Origin: Catajapyx aquilonaris
Taxonomy: Eukaryota
Direction of reading: 5' to 3'
DNA length: 53,205 bases
NCBI GenBank assembly: GCA_000934665.2
Contig: JYFJ02002649.1
Coordinates: 1-53,205 of the forward strand
Within the stretch, counting starts at the first letter, position 1; the number at the start of each line of letters is the position of its first letter. Shown in pieces: positions 11,049 through 24,600 of the stretch. A model generated the notes under the pieces. It was not told where the DNA came from. It searched no databases and saw nothing but the letters and a program-made list of their open reading frames with translations. Made by a program: the position numbers and the translations under genes.

Positions 11049-14000
11049 CTATGAGAGGTAGAGACGGTGGTAGTCGTTGGCTCCAAAAGCAGCGTTGCAC
11101 TTGGGGCACTTCCTCTGGCGCGTCTCGTACCTGGTGCGCAAACAGTCAAAGCAGAAGACATGGAAGCACTTGGACAGTACTGCGTCTTTCCTCTTGACTT
11201 TGCATGACGGACAGGTCAGTATGTCCTTGTACTCCCGTATCTCCTCCATCATTACCTCATCTGCAGTACCAGCCATTTCGATCTTTTTCAGACGTTCAAG
11301 CTTGCGCCGCAGCTGAGCTATTTCCTCTTGCAACCGCTTTGTCTTATACGCTTCTGCTTCAAGAGCGCTCGTCTTCTCTGCTACTACCTGCTGTGCTTCT
11401 TTCACTTGAGCATGGTACTTTTCTGTAACAAGTTCATGACCCTAGTAAATCCATATTTCAGACAAATGTGTGCAACCTTACCTAGATGCAGCTTGAGGTC
11501 AGCGGCTGATTGTGCCGACTCAATGGCCTTCCGCTTGTGCATCTCGAGGGCTTGTTGTCTCACACTCAGCTCCTTCTCAGCTGTGGCCAAGGTGTTCTGG
11601 AGGAAGCGCTCCTTCTCCTCCAACTTTCTCACCACCTGGTTCTGTGCCTCCACCTGTGTTGTGAGGGTATTGACCTGCTCTATAAGAATGTCCTTCTCCT
11701 CCCGGGCCAGTTTGTGAAGCTGGTTGGACTTGATGCGTTCAGACATGAGTTTGAAGTTGGCATCATCCTTCTCACGAAGCTGTTGGATCAGTCGTGAGTT
11801 TTGTTCCTGCATGTCTTCGAAGGCTTGGCCCGTGACCTCCATCTCATTCAACAGGGCTTCTTCTTCTTGCTTCTGGGCTGCCACCTGCCGCTGAAGCTGA
11901 TGAACCTACAAATTAATTTAACATTACACATTGAGTTAAGGGCACTAACTTAAGAGTCTGGTTAATAAGTAATGATTTGTTTTTTAAAGAGCAATACCCC
12001 ACACCACACCTGCTCCTCCTGCTGCTTGATCTTCCTCAAGGCATCTTCATCCGCAAGCTTTTTACGCTCCTCTCGTTTACTCTCCTGCAGCTTCTTAAGC
12101 TGGGAACGAAGATCCTCTGTCTCGGCTCGAGCCTTCTTCTCGGCAGCCATCAGTTGAACTTTGTCCCGTTGCTCTTTCCCCACGCCCTTGTACATGTCCA
12201 GTAGAAGCTTCAGCTCCTTCTGCTCATTCAGGGCCTTCCTAGAAGGAGCAATGGGAGAATTAGATGTTACAATGTATTAATTAAGGCAGACAGGGATTAA
12301 ATCGGTGGAGGCCCCTGGGAGGATTTAGCCCTCCCATCAATTTTCCAAGAGCCAGCTGCGCACTGAATACAATTTATTGTTCATCGTCCAACAACCACCT
12401 CATAGCATTTACAATGAACCAGGAATCTAACCATCCACTCACTTGAGTTGCGCTTTCAGGTCACGAATCATCTCAGATTCGGCTGCTCTGGCCTCCTTTA
12501 GCCTATGAATCTCCTTGTCTCTGTGGTCCTTCTCGACCTTCACCTCTCTCTTCACTTCTTTCTTCACAGTGGCAGTAGAGGCTGACGATGTCTCTCCCTT
12601 CTCCTTCTTCACTGGTGACTGTGTCCTCTCTTTGTCACTTGACTTCTCACCACTGCCTGTGGCACCACTACCACCTCCTCCCCCACTGGTTGCACCTCCA
12701 GCCCCAGCAGCATTACCTCCTGCTGCGCCGCTTCCAGCTGCAGCCAGCACTCCTTCTTTAGAATCCGCTTCCTCTCCTTCGCCATCCTCTTCCTCCTTCT
12801 TGACCATGACTGTTGCGTTGCTGTTGGCTTGTGACACTGCTCCACTACTTGTTGCCGCACCGGATTGCCCTCCAGCACCAGATTCCTCCTTCACCTGCAC
12901 TGCTGCTCCCCCGCTTCCACTGCCGCCACCACCACCAGCTGATGCTGCTTCCTTCTCCTCCTCCTTGATGGCAGCCTCAGCAGCCATCTCTTTTATCTCA
13001 GCCGCTTGTTGTTGTTTCATATGAGCCTCATCCAGCTCCTTCTTCAGCTGTAAAGGATTGTAAAAGTGTTGAGCAAAAGCTGCAGCAGTTCTAGATTGAG
13101 AGTGATAAAGGAAAGGGTTGGTCTGGATTTGCAACCATATGCATCTCTCAACTTAGCTGCTACTTCAGTACTCAAACCATTAAGAAGAGCATGGGCTATT
13201 AAATAACATCGACAAAAATTGTTGGAAAATGAGAAGTCATGTTTTCTCATTTTGCCTGAAGACAGACATCCCAACATCCCGTATCCACTTGAACATCTTC
13301 GTGTACTACATAATCAAGCTGACAGAAAGGCAACTATTATAGTGGAATCTATGACATAATCTACGGACAAAATTAACAGTCTCTTCAGATGCAGCCACCT
13401 GCAAGAGTTCCAATACAATGTCACCCAAATATCTCGAGTCCAAAAACCACGTAACATGGCAGATGCACTGGTCAGTTCAACTAACTGCTCTAAAATGCTC
13501 ATGTCATTGCAAAATTATACTGCCACTAACTAGAAATTATTTAAATTGGCTCTTCTCCATGGGTGGCACTGTTAGATCTGAAGGCCTGATCACAAGTATT
13601 TCAATCAGAAATCTGAAAAGGGTTGATATTCATGTCGGATTAAATCTTCCAAACTATGGGCTGGATTCTTGTGGACTAATATGAAAGGAGGAAAATTGGC
13701 GTTTAGGGATCAAGGGAAGTGGCATTTTGATGGAAAACTTCGATGACAAGTACAGAGGAGCAGGGAAGCGTAGTGAACTCACCCCACTAGGATGGGACAA
13801 TAGGAACCAATGCTACATGCTGGCAAAGGACAGTGTGGCTCCAGAAAGCGTGGAGAGACTGTGCTGTAGTAATTCCAACTACAGCATTAGCAGGAGCAGG
13901 ATAGTGTGTGGTAAAACATGGGGGTAGATTAGCCTTCCACGTTTGGCACTTGCAGCCAATTAACACGAGCTCTGACCCACCTGCAGCTTACACGGATGCA

Positions 14001-17000
14001 ACCCCGCGTATATTCAGCATGCCTGAATGCCACTTTTTCGGTTATGGAGGTACGACGTCACTTTTACAGCAACTTGGTAGCCACAGGGGTAAAGTCCACA
14101 AGCATCGAGCTTTATATCACTGATGAAATTGCAGTGTAACCAATACTACAATCATTTTCTGTCCAGCATTTACGGTTATATCAATCTTGTCAACAGGCTC
14201 TTGCATATTCATAAGGAGGGAAGGAAGGCTTCAGGAAAAATAAAAACAAATGAGATGAAAATAAATAAGACACATTGTGGACCGTGAACCGGACCCTGCA
14301 GATGTCGTTGTTGCAGTCCTTGTACCGCTTCTTGTATCGATGAATCTCTCCTTTCAGCTGCTGGTTATGGTTCTGCAAAGAGGTGATGAGGTGCCGCATC
14401 TCCCGATTGATGGGTCCTGTTTGCTCATTGGCTGCTAAGTTCTGCTCAAATTCAATGCGCAGCATTTCATACTCTTTTCGCACTTGAGCTAGCATGTCCT
14501 CCAGCTGGATCACCTCAGTTCTAAGCTTTTTCTGGGCCAAAAGCTCTTCGCTCTCCATCTGCTCAATCTGACGCAAATGGGAGTTCTTGCTGGACTGGAG
14601 CTGCAGACGAGCATCCTCCAGCTGAGTCTTCAGCTGCATGGACTCATTGTACAGCACTGAAAACTGTGACTGGAGGCATTTGTACTCGGTGGTCTCAACA
14701 ATGACTGACTCGGGCAGCTGGCGGATGTCCATCTTGAGACGCTCAACGTCCTTCAACGCATCCCTATGCTGTTGGTGTAGCTTCTCCAGTTCCTGCAGGC
14801 GGTTGGTGGCCAGTTCACGCTGCTCCTCAACATCTTTTTGGAGCTCCTCCAGTTTTTTCTGGCTGACTGCATTGCTGTTGCTAGCGCCTGCTCCAGCCTT
14901 GGCTGCTGGGGTGGGAGCAGCAGAACCCTTGTCGTCTCCATGGGACTGTTGGCACGCCTTCACCTTTTCCATAGCTTCCGCCAGGTGGTGCTCCAGCTTG
15001 TCATTGCGTTGCTGAGCTTTCTGCAGTTCATACTGAAGGTCATCCAATCGGTTCTGCAGCTCAGCATTCTCCGTCTCCTTTGCAGTCACCTGAATCATGC
15101 AAAAATGAGGTATTAACATATTATTCCTCTAACAATGAATTGCTTTATTTCAAGTAACTGCAGGTACAGAACTTCAAACTAGAAGGCAACATGTTGCACT
15201 GCAGTTTTGTGTGAAACTCCGACATGGGATGCATGGCTTACCTTTTCCTGCAGCTCAGCCATTTTGAGAGAGATGAAGTGGTGCTTCTCATGGAGGGAGG
15301 TGTTGAGAGTCTGGAGATTGCGATTTTCTGCCTGAAGCTCCACATTCACTTGCCGAATGGTCTCATCTAGATTGGGTGGTTGAGTGGTTGTCGATTCCCC
15401 TCCGCTGCCACTGTTACCATTCTCATTTACCTCCCCTTTGAGGACCATGGTTATTTTCTCATTGCGTTGCATCAGCCTATCAAATGCCTGGATAATCTTG
15501 GCCACTGCCCGTTTGGAAACTTGCACCCGATTTGCCAACTTCTCATCCAGCTCCTCCTTATCCCATGTGGACAGCTGCATCAGAAATGATGTTGTGGCCT
15601 CGCTCTCATCTGGTTCGAGAAAGAATTAGTATCAGCATTAGCAGCACATGCCACACACAGTGTTGATGTGAAATAATAATTTGCCTGTACGCTGTGATCA
15701 AACAAATACAGTTGAATCCGAATATAACAGCCTCAGCTGTAACAAACTTTCAGTTAAAACATACTCGAAAGGCTGGCCCCGGCAATCTTCCATACGGCCC
15801 TATGTATTTTCACTCCCGCTATGACATACTCATTTTCACCTCACCTCGGTTATAACAGACCATTTCTTGGCCCCTCAATGGAAAATATGCTGTTTTTGAT
15901 TACTCAGCTTCCTTTCCCATGAGAGGAAAGCACTGAATACTGGAGTGGGGGGTGATTTTCCCACCTGTCACTGACCAAACAATTGCCAAAAAGGTCAAAA
16001 TTATTATTTTTCCTGTATATTCGGTAAGAACAAGATGGAAGAAGAAAAATACTTATCTTTTTTTTTGTCCTGCCTAAGTAGTTATGAGTGAGCTAATTAT
16101 GTATGTTTGCGGGCAGTTTCATTAATCAGTATGCAGTTGTATGCTTTATTATATTTATTTATAACCGAAGCAGGTTGGCATAGTAGATAAGGCGTCCGAC
16201 TGCTAATCGGGAGGTCCTGGGTTCGAATCCCGGGGCCGGCAACCCTGACCGGGGTTTTCTGTGGTTTTCCACGGTCTTTCTGGGATAATTCCGGGGTCGT
16301 GTCCGTATAATAGGCCACAGCCGCTTCCTTCCTTCCCTATCCTAGGAGGTTGAAAGGCAATGCTGGGCCAACCTCCTTAAATATCAATTATAAAGTATGC
16401 TTTAAGCATATGAAAGCAGAAAACTTGCAATTTTGTTGCAAAAGTGGCTATTTGGCTATAACAGACCTTGGTTATAGCATACTTTCTTTCATGGTCCCTT
16501 GAAGTCTGTTATATCCAGATTCAACTGTATATAAAACGAAAGTTCCCTCAATTTACAGCCATTGAGAAGAAATCAATTTTGATCTGCTCCAACCTCGACT
16601 CCAACAATAAGTAATGCTGCAGCAATATTATTTTATTTGCTATTAATTTCTGCGTGGCCTGACCAGTCACCAGAAGAGTCATTGTAATGGTCATATGAGA
16701 CGGCTAGGCAGAAACTAGGTCGCTGGCTACCCCATTTCTGGGATTACGCCGGGATGTTATGAATGAATGAATGAACATTCCTAGACCTAAAAACCTGCAC
16801 AGCAGAAATAATACAAAAGTTATGATAAAACTTACTTTTAGTTTCAGATTCATCGGCCGTCTCTGCATCAAATCTCTGGAGAAGGACGCGTATGTCCTCA
16901 TTGAGTTGGTTCCAGTATCGGTTGATGACATTAAGCACAGCATCGTCCTGTGTCTGCCTCTTCTCTAGTTGCTCAATTCTTTGGCGGAGATCATTTTCGG

Positions 17001-17300
17001 TGCGAACTCTCTGTTCTAGACGCTGAAAGTGACATAAACCAAATGATATATAATATCTATTGTCAACTTGAGTTCAACTTTGACACTATGTCCCAAATCA
17101 GTTTCAGTCTCAACCATGCATCTGTGGAATCCCAGACATACCTGAGCCAACTTCTTGTTTTGGTATTGCAGCACCTTCATGTCCATCTCCTCAAGTGTGG
17201 AGACAGGCCCAATGCGTAGAGGCTCAAACTGGACCTTCTTAAACGGGGGCTGGCCACTGCTCCCCGCCTCAGATGCATCATCTGCTGGGCGCTTGGACAT
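11049..17300 (-). CDS. Bre1: E3 ubiquitin ligase Bre1 (RNF20/RNF40 family, H2B monoubiquitination)
   Basis: Eight exons: 17300-17142, 17022-16836, 15609-15242, 15089-14295, 13047-12443, 12238-12010, 11905-11482 and 11422-11049. Long coiled coils, the motif [19 protein letters not shown] and a C-terminal RING (CPSC...CFHVFCFDC...CPKC) are present. Confidence 0.97.
15709..16527. mobile_element. TA-flanked MITE (Tc1/mariner-pogo type) in a Bre1 intron, containing a SINE
   Basis: Imperfect terminal inverted repeats TA|CAGTTGAATCCGAATATAACAG ... CTGTTATATCCAGATTCAACTG|TA. A similar end is seen at ~21905-21940. Confidence 0.7.
16164..16342 (+). mobile_element. tRNA-derived SINE, family A
   Basis: It has a tRNA-like head with A/B boxes (GGTTCGAATCC) followed by a body ending GGCCACAGCCGCTTCCTTCCTTCCCTATCC. 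The same sequence recurs at 47895-48199 and 38555-38707. Confidence 0.8.
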
Positions 17301-19268
17301 CTTTCCTTCGTCTGAAGGCTACAATCAGTGGTCAGATTAAAATTCAACAATTCAAATAACTTTTCCCCTTTCCCTTCACACATAACTAAGACATCTTAAA
17401 ACTTAAATGATAATATATGTAACATTGGGTTCATAGCTGGCAAAAAAACTGCTTAATATTTAAGTTTATTTAGTGAATAGACTGGTTGATAATAATGAAC
17501 ATTGTTTCATTACTATTACATTATTACTACTGTTAATATTAGCGTAACAGACTATGGCAGCAGATATGTAACTTTATTACTGATGTCACAGAAAGACAGA
17601 ACATTTTGTACTGCATGTTACACCAAAAGTACATTTTCTGACCATGATTACGTTGGACAAATTGATTAGTTGTCTGTAGTTGTCTGAGCTATTGGCGAAT
17701 GGCAAACCAAAATCGGCTAAGTGAAATTACACTATAGATCAGCGCGGCAGTTTTGTGGTGCTAATTACTACAACATCATTCTAAGAATTGGCATCGAATC
17801 AGTAACAGAAACTGTTTCCTGAAATTTATGTGATGTAACTTTACAGGTGCCATGTTTGTTTACTAAACATGAAGAAGTGTAGAAGTACATGCAAATGTCG
17901 ATGTCCAGCTTTTAACTACTTTTCTTTTCAACTACTGTAACCTTCCACAACTCGAAGGTTTCTTCTGTTCCCTTGCAGATTAGCATTGTGAAATTCCTGC
18001 TCAATCTCTACCATCTGCCAACCACCTTGAAAATGTTAACATGTCAACACCAGGTTCTTCATCAGCAACGCCTCTACACTTCCAACTGAAATCATCTTTG
18101 ACCCATACCTTTGGGCCATACTTTGCGCAAAGAGCCTAATACGCCTTGCAAACCAGCCTAATCCCTCTTTGTCCATATGCCCATTGACCCTCCTTCCCCC
18201 CTGACACCGGGCCTCCTTCCTTACCCACTCTGTGACCTTTGCCCCTTCGTGCCATACCCTCCCCCGATGTGTACCTGTTCCAGCGAGTATCACAAGTCCT
18301 GCCTCGTAATTCGGCGTCGACCGGACGACGACTGCCTGTTCGATGTGGCCATTTTGCTCAGGAGGGGAGGGGAGGGGGAACTCTTCTTCTTCTTTTTTTT
18401 TTATCCCCCTTCGACTCTCCTCCTCACCCCCTCTGCAGCAGCCTAGGGGGCTAATGTCCCCAGCCGGATCCCGTTTGGCTTGTCTGGTGGGGGGCCTCAA
18501 GGAGGAATCCAAGTAGAGGGAGAATCCGGCCTGTAAAAACAATAAGATGAATGGAATATAATTACAGGGAAATTCGATAAGTTACTGAAGGGCGCGTACG
18601 AATGAGAGGCCTTTTGTGTTAGGGCGCGTCCGAATTAATGGCGCTCATTTCAATTTGGAAGATGCAAATTTTTAAAGAGGTTATTCGAACTAAAAAGTGG
18701 ATCGGTATTGCACAGGCGACATGCCTAGTTAACTTACTTGTTAGATGCGTACGACACCACCATGTAAATGCTACTTTTAACTGTAGACATTCCAAGAGGC
18801 ATTGTTGGCATTGCAAGAGATTGCGATGTTACTGTACCGCCAGAAACCTACAATGTCCCTGGTGCTGTCTAGTGTCACAATGCAGCAATTTGATTTTTTT
18901 CAAAAAAGCTACCCGTTGCCAAGGAGTTTGGTTGCCAGGGAGACAGGTGTTTATGTTGACAAGAGGGGTCAATATTTTGTGGGGGAGAAAATTCTTCAGA
19001 TTACAGCAGCACCGTGTTGCGTGCTCCATTTGCAGCATTTTAGGTGAGTTGTTAGTGGACTTAAGCCCTTGCAGAAATACTGCTGGTCATATCTGAAACA
19101 AAGTTCCATGCAGAGAGTCACATTCGGAGTCGAATAACCAACCTGCAACCACTTATAAGCTGTGACGTGAAAGCCACACCCGCATTTCTTTCAGGTGTGA
19201 TCCAATAACGAAATGTTTCCCTTCTAACTACCCACAGATCTGTATAAAGACATCCAAGAGCTGTAATC

Positions 19269-21490
19269 ATGCCTCGTCTGGTGCTTCCCCCTCCTCGCTT
19301 CACGCACCAAGAGTGGGCAACAGCCAACCGCCGCAAGAATGACGCTGCAGAACGTGAGAGAGAATGGGCTGAAAGGGTGGAAGCAGAGTCAGAACGCCTT
19401 CGAGATGAGGCCAAAGAGGTGATGCAGAAGGCAAAGGCGGATGTCAAAAGAAAGTTTGAGCAACGTGTACTGGACCTCCAGCGTTGGAAAGAAGAGCTGA
19501 TCGAGAGAGAGAAGCGCCTTGGACAGGAGATTGAAGATCTAGAGACATATAAACGCAGGATGGAAACAGCCCTAAAAAACTATACGGCAATCATGAAGAC
19601 CACACTGCAGTGCCTGTCCATGCGAGAGCAACGGCTATCTATTGACTTGGTGCATGATGATGTTCAGCGAGAACTGTTGAAGGAGCTGGATGTGATCAAG
19701 GGAGTGGAGGCTGTCCTCACTAAGACCATTGAGGAGACAGAGGAACAGTTGCGGTTGGACAAGAAGGCCCTGTATCACGTACATAATGACCTGAGGGACA
19801 AGGATGAAACTATTAGGATTGACTCTCATGCAGGAATTCTTGATGACTTCAGAGAGGAAGTGGCCCTCACAGATGACCCAAGCGTCCTGAATGAAGGGTA
19901 AATAAAGGCTGTTACACAAATATGGCAGCAAGGGAGTGGAATGGGGAATGAGCAGCACTGTAGCAACCAGTGTCCAAGAAAGTGGATTCCGATAAACAGT
20001 TGCGACCGCTCAGCTGCCCATTCCCCACCTGCTTCCCAGCTGCCAAAAGTCCATCAGGTTTGAACCGAATGATCACACTGCCAGCCGAGCTGTTGCAGTA
20101 GGCTCTGCAGCAGATATTACCATTGCGCTTGTCCCTAGGGGAAATGAAAGCTTATGAATTATTTTAAAAGGCAGGCTGATCACCACAAATACATGAAATG
20201 TTAACAATCCCATTGTTCTTCCTAATACTTCAAGGCGTACAAGCATGAAGGAGTGGGAGAGCTTCACACGCACGAACATACTGAATGCAGACGGGGCACA
20301 CAACGGTTCACGTCAGTTGCGCGTCATGATAGATGGCATCCTGCAGCAGACTTGCCGGGACTTGCAGGTACAGTGCCAGAAGGTCAACTGCGCCTTTGAG
20401 CACAGGATCAAGGAGACTAAGCAGGCCAAGGATAGGCTTGAGGATCAAATTTTTGAGGTATGAGCATGTTGTCATCGCTTACAACTTGTAACTGTACTGT
20501 ACACTTCCTGGTGCTTCAAATCCTTGTACAGGTGAACAAGCGAATCCGCGAGATGGAGTGCAACTTGGAGAAGCTGGACAAGGCTATCATGGAGAAGGAG
20601 AGAACCTTGGCACTGGCCCAGACCCAACTCAAGCAGAGGCGGACAAGGCCCAATGTGGAACAGTCTAGGTAAGAAATAGCTGAGAGAGCTGAGCCACAGA
20701 TTTAAACTTCAACACTGGAAATGTACATGATTTTTAATTTCATTCACTGGTTTATGCCTGGGGGTATTATAACATAACAATAATAATATATTGGCAGGCA
20801 AATGTTATCAAGGTATGGTACCAAATCATGGTAAATAGTGTAACTCTGTTGGACTCTACTGCACAATCTCCAAGTGTTTTCCCAAGCTCAGTTGGTCAGT
20901 GAGAGTACGTTAACGTACACTTGGGAACACAAGTTATGGCCCTTTGCATGATCAGTAGTAAACCCTGAACAAGAGACTAATATGATGCAAATGAAAATGG
21001 TCGACCACTTGTTCAGAATTTACCATTGATCATATTATTATAACGACTCCTTAATATTTCCATTCAGAGTTTTCTCACTCAGCAGGGAAATTTGTGTGTG
21101 TCATATCAGTGCCATCCCAGTGGCGTTATGTGCATATCTGCAGATACATTAGTAAATATTGTGATGTTGCTTAGATTTTGCCACAAGAGTTATTAAAATG
21201 AGAGTACCATACCACTATGACTGGATCCATATAGCTCGTTCACAGAATTTGTCACTTGCTATACATCTAGGGATGAAGTGGAGGCCCGTCTTCTGGTGGA
21301 GGTCCGGGAGATGGAGATAATGATAATGAAGCTGCAGAACCAGGTGCGAGAATCCAAGTCGTCCCTGCGCAACCTCCTCCGCAACTTGGTGTCCATACAA
21401 GATGATTACAACATTAAGGCCAACTCCCTTGATGTCGATGATGTCATGTGCATGTCCATCAGACAAAGTCTTGTCATCGCACCCTACTAA
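19269..21490 (+). CDS. TEKT1: Tektin (tektin-1-like), ciliary/flagellar filament protein
   Basis: Exons are 19269-19897, 20235-20457, 20532-20668 and 21271-21490. Motifs include PPRFTHQEW, QCLSMREQRLSIDLVHDDVQRELLKE and the spliced signature RPNVEQSRD. The paralog assignment is tentative. Confidence 0.85.
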
Positions 21491-21621
21491 TTCGATTTAC
21501 ATTTTACACGTTTATATAGCAATCCACAGGTTAGCTTTTATCTCACAATTTACATGAGAAACATGTAGTAAGAAATTGACAAGAGTGTGGGATTCACTCC
21601 ACATATAAAAACTACAACAGC

Positions 21622-24600
21622 CTACTCTAGTCCTGGATCATTCTCATCGTAGTAGAGAGAGACAATCTCTTGCCTCAACATGGCATCGTTGGGGTACTCC
21701 TGTGCCTTCTCCTTGTTGGGAAGGTAATGACACCCACGGAATGTGTCAAAGTATCTTCCCAGGACAGGGTGGTGAACTTGCATGGGTGGCGTTGCCACTT
21801 CCAAGTTCTCTGCAGAGAAGAAAGAGGATTATAACAAAACTTCTTAACATTATTAGGTTAAGAGTAACGGTTCAGGCGAAGTACAGTTTTTAGGGGCAGT
21901 AAAATACAGTCAATTCAGGATATAATGGATTTCAAGGGACTGCAGTATTCTGTAACCAAGATATAAAAAAAATGCCCACTCTACATCTTACTTTTTATTA
22001 CTAGACCATATCATGTATTGAGGCAAGTATTTGGCACATGCCAATAGAGTAACAGGGCCATTAGGTCAAATTGTGAACTTCATCCATTTCAATATCATGT
22101 ACTTGTCACTTATGAATTACCCTGGGAGGTGTGGTAGCCGAGATGGCAACGTCTCGGCTTGCTGAGTGAAAGGTCCCGGGTTCGATCCCCGCCCGGGGGC
22201 TCCCTTTCGCCTGCATCAGGAGGGTCTCTGACCCGCACCTTGGAGGTATCTGGCAACCTAGCCTCCTGGGGGACTGCACATGACCCGTTTACCAACATTG
22301 CACCTGCACCCGTGTCCCCTCCCCAAAAACCCCCACACCTACCCCATGTCCTTTCGTCCTTGCACAGGTGTTGAAGAAAAATTAGAAAAATAGAATTTTC
22401 AGTGGTTTACCACCCCCTAAAAGAGTACCTTTGTCTCCAATGGGTAACGTAAAAAGCTACAACTTATGAATTACCTAATGTCCTAACTCCAACTAATTAC
22501 AACATTAGAAACCTATTATGTCAATGGTTACCTTGGGCAGCATAACGAGTGGATCCATCCTCCACCAGTACATTGTAGAATGGTTGTTCCCCCTTTTTGG
22601 GGAGGCGATTGACTCCCATCCTTAGTATCCACTCCTGAGATGCTGTGCACCTTGTGTCCCACCCGAATATCACACATGTGTAGTTGTAACGTTTATGCTT
22701 CATTATTAGACCCACTGCGAAGCGCACTGCCTTTTCTGCCTCACTCTCACGTGTCTTTGGCTGTATCTGCATTTAAAAATGGAACTTAGCACCGTATTTG
22801 TTTTAACTTGGTCAGTCACAACTCAGACCTTCAAGCCCTCCTCTCTCTCCTGCTGCATAATCTTCATTTGCTCGGTACATGCATGTATCACGTGGTCCAT
22901 CATACTGCTGCCTTCAAGTTGGTTTTGTTGGAAGTTCTAGGAAGAAGCAATAAAGAGTGATGTGTATAAGACATTTCATCATTTACTGTAACAGGGAAGG
23001 GGTTAATCTGCTAAATTTTTCATAATTACAAGAGAAAAAAAAGTTTTGTTGACGTGACATCCAACCTAAGTCTGTGTAAGAGAAGTAATTTTTTTTCTCC
23101 CAGGAGAAGAAAAACTCATTTCTTTAGCCTAACAGGAGAACATGCCCTACTGCCATTTTAGAAGTGAATTAATACCTGCATATTTTCCACCACCTCTTCT
23201 AAGTTGATGTTGAGGTGCATGTATACACGGGAGAGCAGTAGGATTGAGTCCAGATCGTCAGGTTCCAGTATAAGTTGCATCTGAAGTGCATCCCACAGGC
23301 TGGTGAGACCATCCCCCATGTTCTCCTGTTGGCGTCCCACATGAATAAGGTTGCGTGCCATCCTCTCGCACACCTGGACTGCACCCACTGCAGCGTAAGA
23401 CTCTGGGCTTGGCCTGGAGTTGCACAGTCTCTCACACTGCTTCTCAGAGAGGAGCTTCCCATCATCGTAAGCATCCACATATGTGTACTTCTGCAACCCT
23501 GGAAGGTTGGGGTGTTCCTCCCAGCGAAGTATGAAGTGGGATGGAAAGTTCACGGGTTCCAGATGCACACCCAATTGACGTGCAACAGCTTCATAAAGGA
23601 TGCATAGAGTTATGGGAATACCTTTCCTCAGTTCAACAACCTGTAATGAAAATAATATTATTCAAGACTCATGCCTCATACTTTGGTAGACTGTATAAAG
23701 AGTTGCGTACAGAATGTCACAAATCCATCAGTGGGGAAAAAAAATGAGATATTTCTACCAATGGACAGCTCTTCCTTCAATCCATCTTGTCTGAAATGGT
23801 CGTATTTCAAAACAGCACATAACACATTCATAATACACGTGGAAAAATGAACTGCACAGCAAAACGTCACTCTTTTACGCACTGCATTGCCATTTGGGAT
23901 GAGTAGTGCCAACATGGCGGCACCCAGTATTTGACATTCATCTCACCTTTCAGTGCTTTTCTGGACTTTTGCTGGGCAGGTAAATTAAATAAGGCACGAT
24001 TTCCACTGAATTTGTATTTTCGTCTATATCTAGCTCTACCAGTTCAAATTCTTGGTCCTCCATCAATTTTTTTGGTTAGGTTTATCTCGGTATGAAATAA
24101 ACCGGAATGAATCATATTCTATGAATGTGAATAAACAGGTCTTGGAGTAAAGCCACTAATAAATAAATTATAATAATTAATATAAACAAAGCAAACTTGT
24201 ACAAAATGTTGATGTAATGCCCCTGATTGACGTCAGCTTTATGATCACGTGCCATAAAGGGAATTTTGTTAGTATTTTATAGTAAAACACTTATGCAATC
24301 AAATTCTTCAGAACTGCACATAGCAGGCATTAGGGAGCCTTACAGGATTTGTCTGTGTCAGAAAGTGGCCCATTTTGGTCCATTTGAATAATTATTGCTA
24401 TGTTGAATCAATAACCAGTTCAGTTTGCGTTAAAAAAAAAAAAAAATCAGAAATACCATTATGTTGTGGTTACAACATTTTGAGAATGATGATGTTAGCC
24501 AAATGAATACATTTATTCAGTTTGAGGTTGATTATATGGCAGAGACCATTTTAATTCTTCAGATTATCCTGCATAATTTTGCATATCCAGGCTTTCACTG

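Noticed and set aside
16169..16241. tRNA-Ser(GCT)-like gene (also at ~47900)
   Set aside because: It lacks the long variable arm, runs into a repeated body, and one copy has an A-rich tail and TSD. It is a SINE head, not a tRNA.
18036..19096. ORFs of 168 and 152 aa between Bre1 and tektin
   Set aside because: The translations are low-complexity or featureless and are better explained as 5' UTR or divergent promoter sequence.
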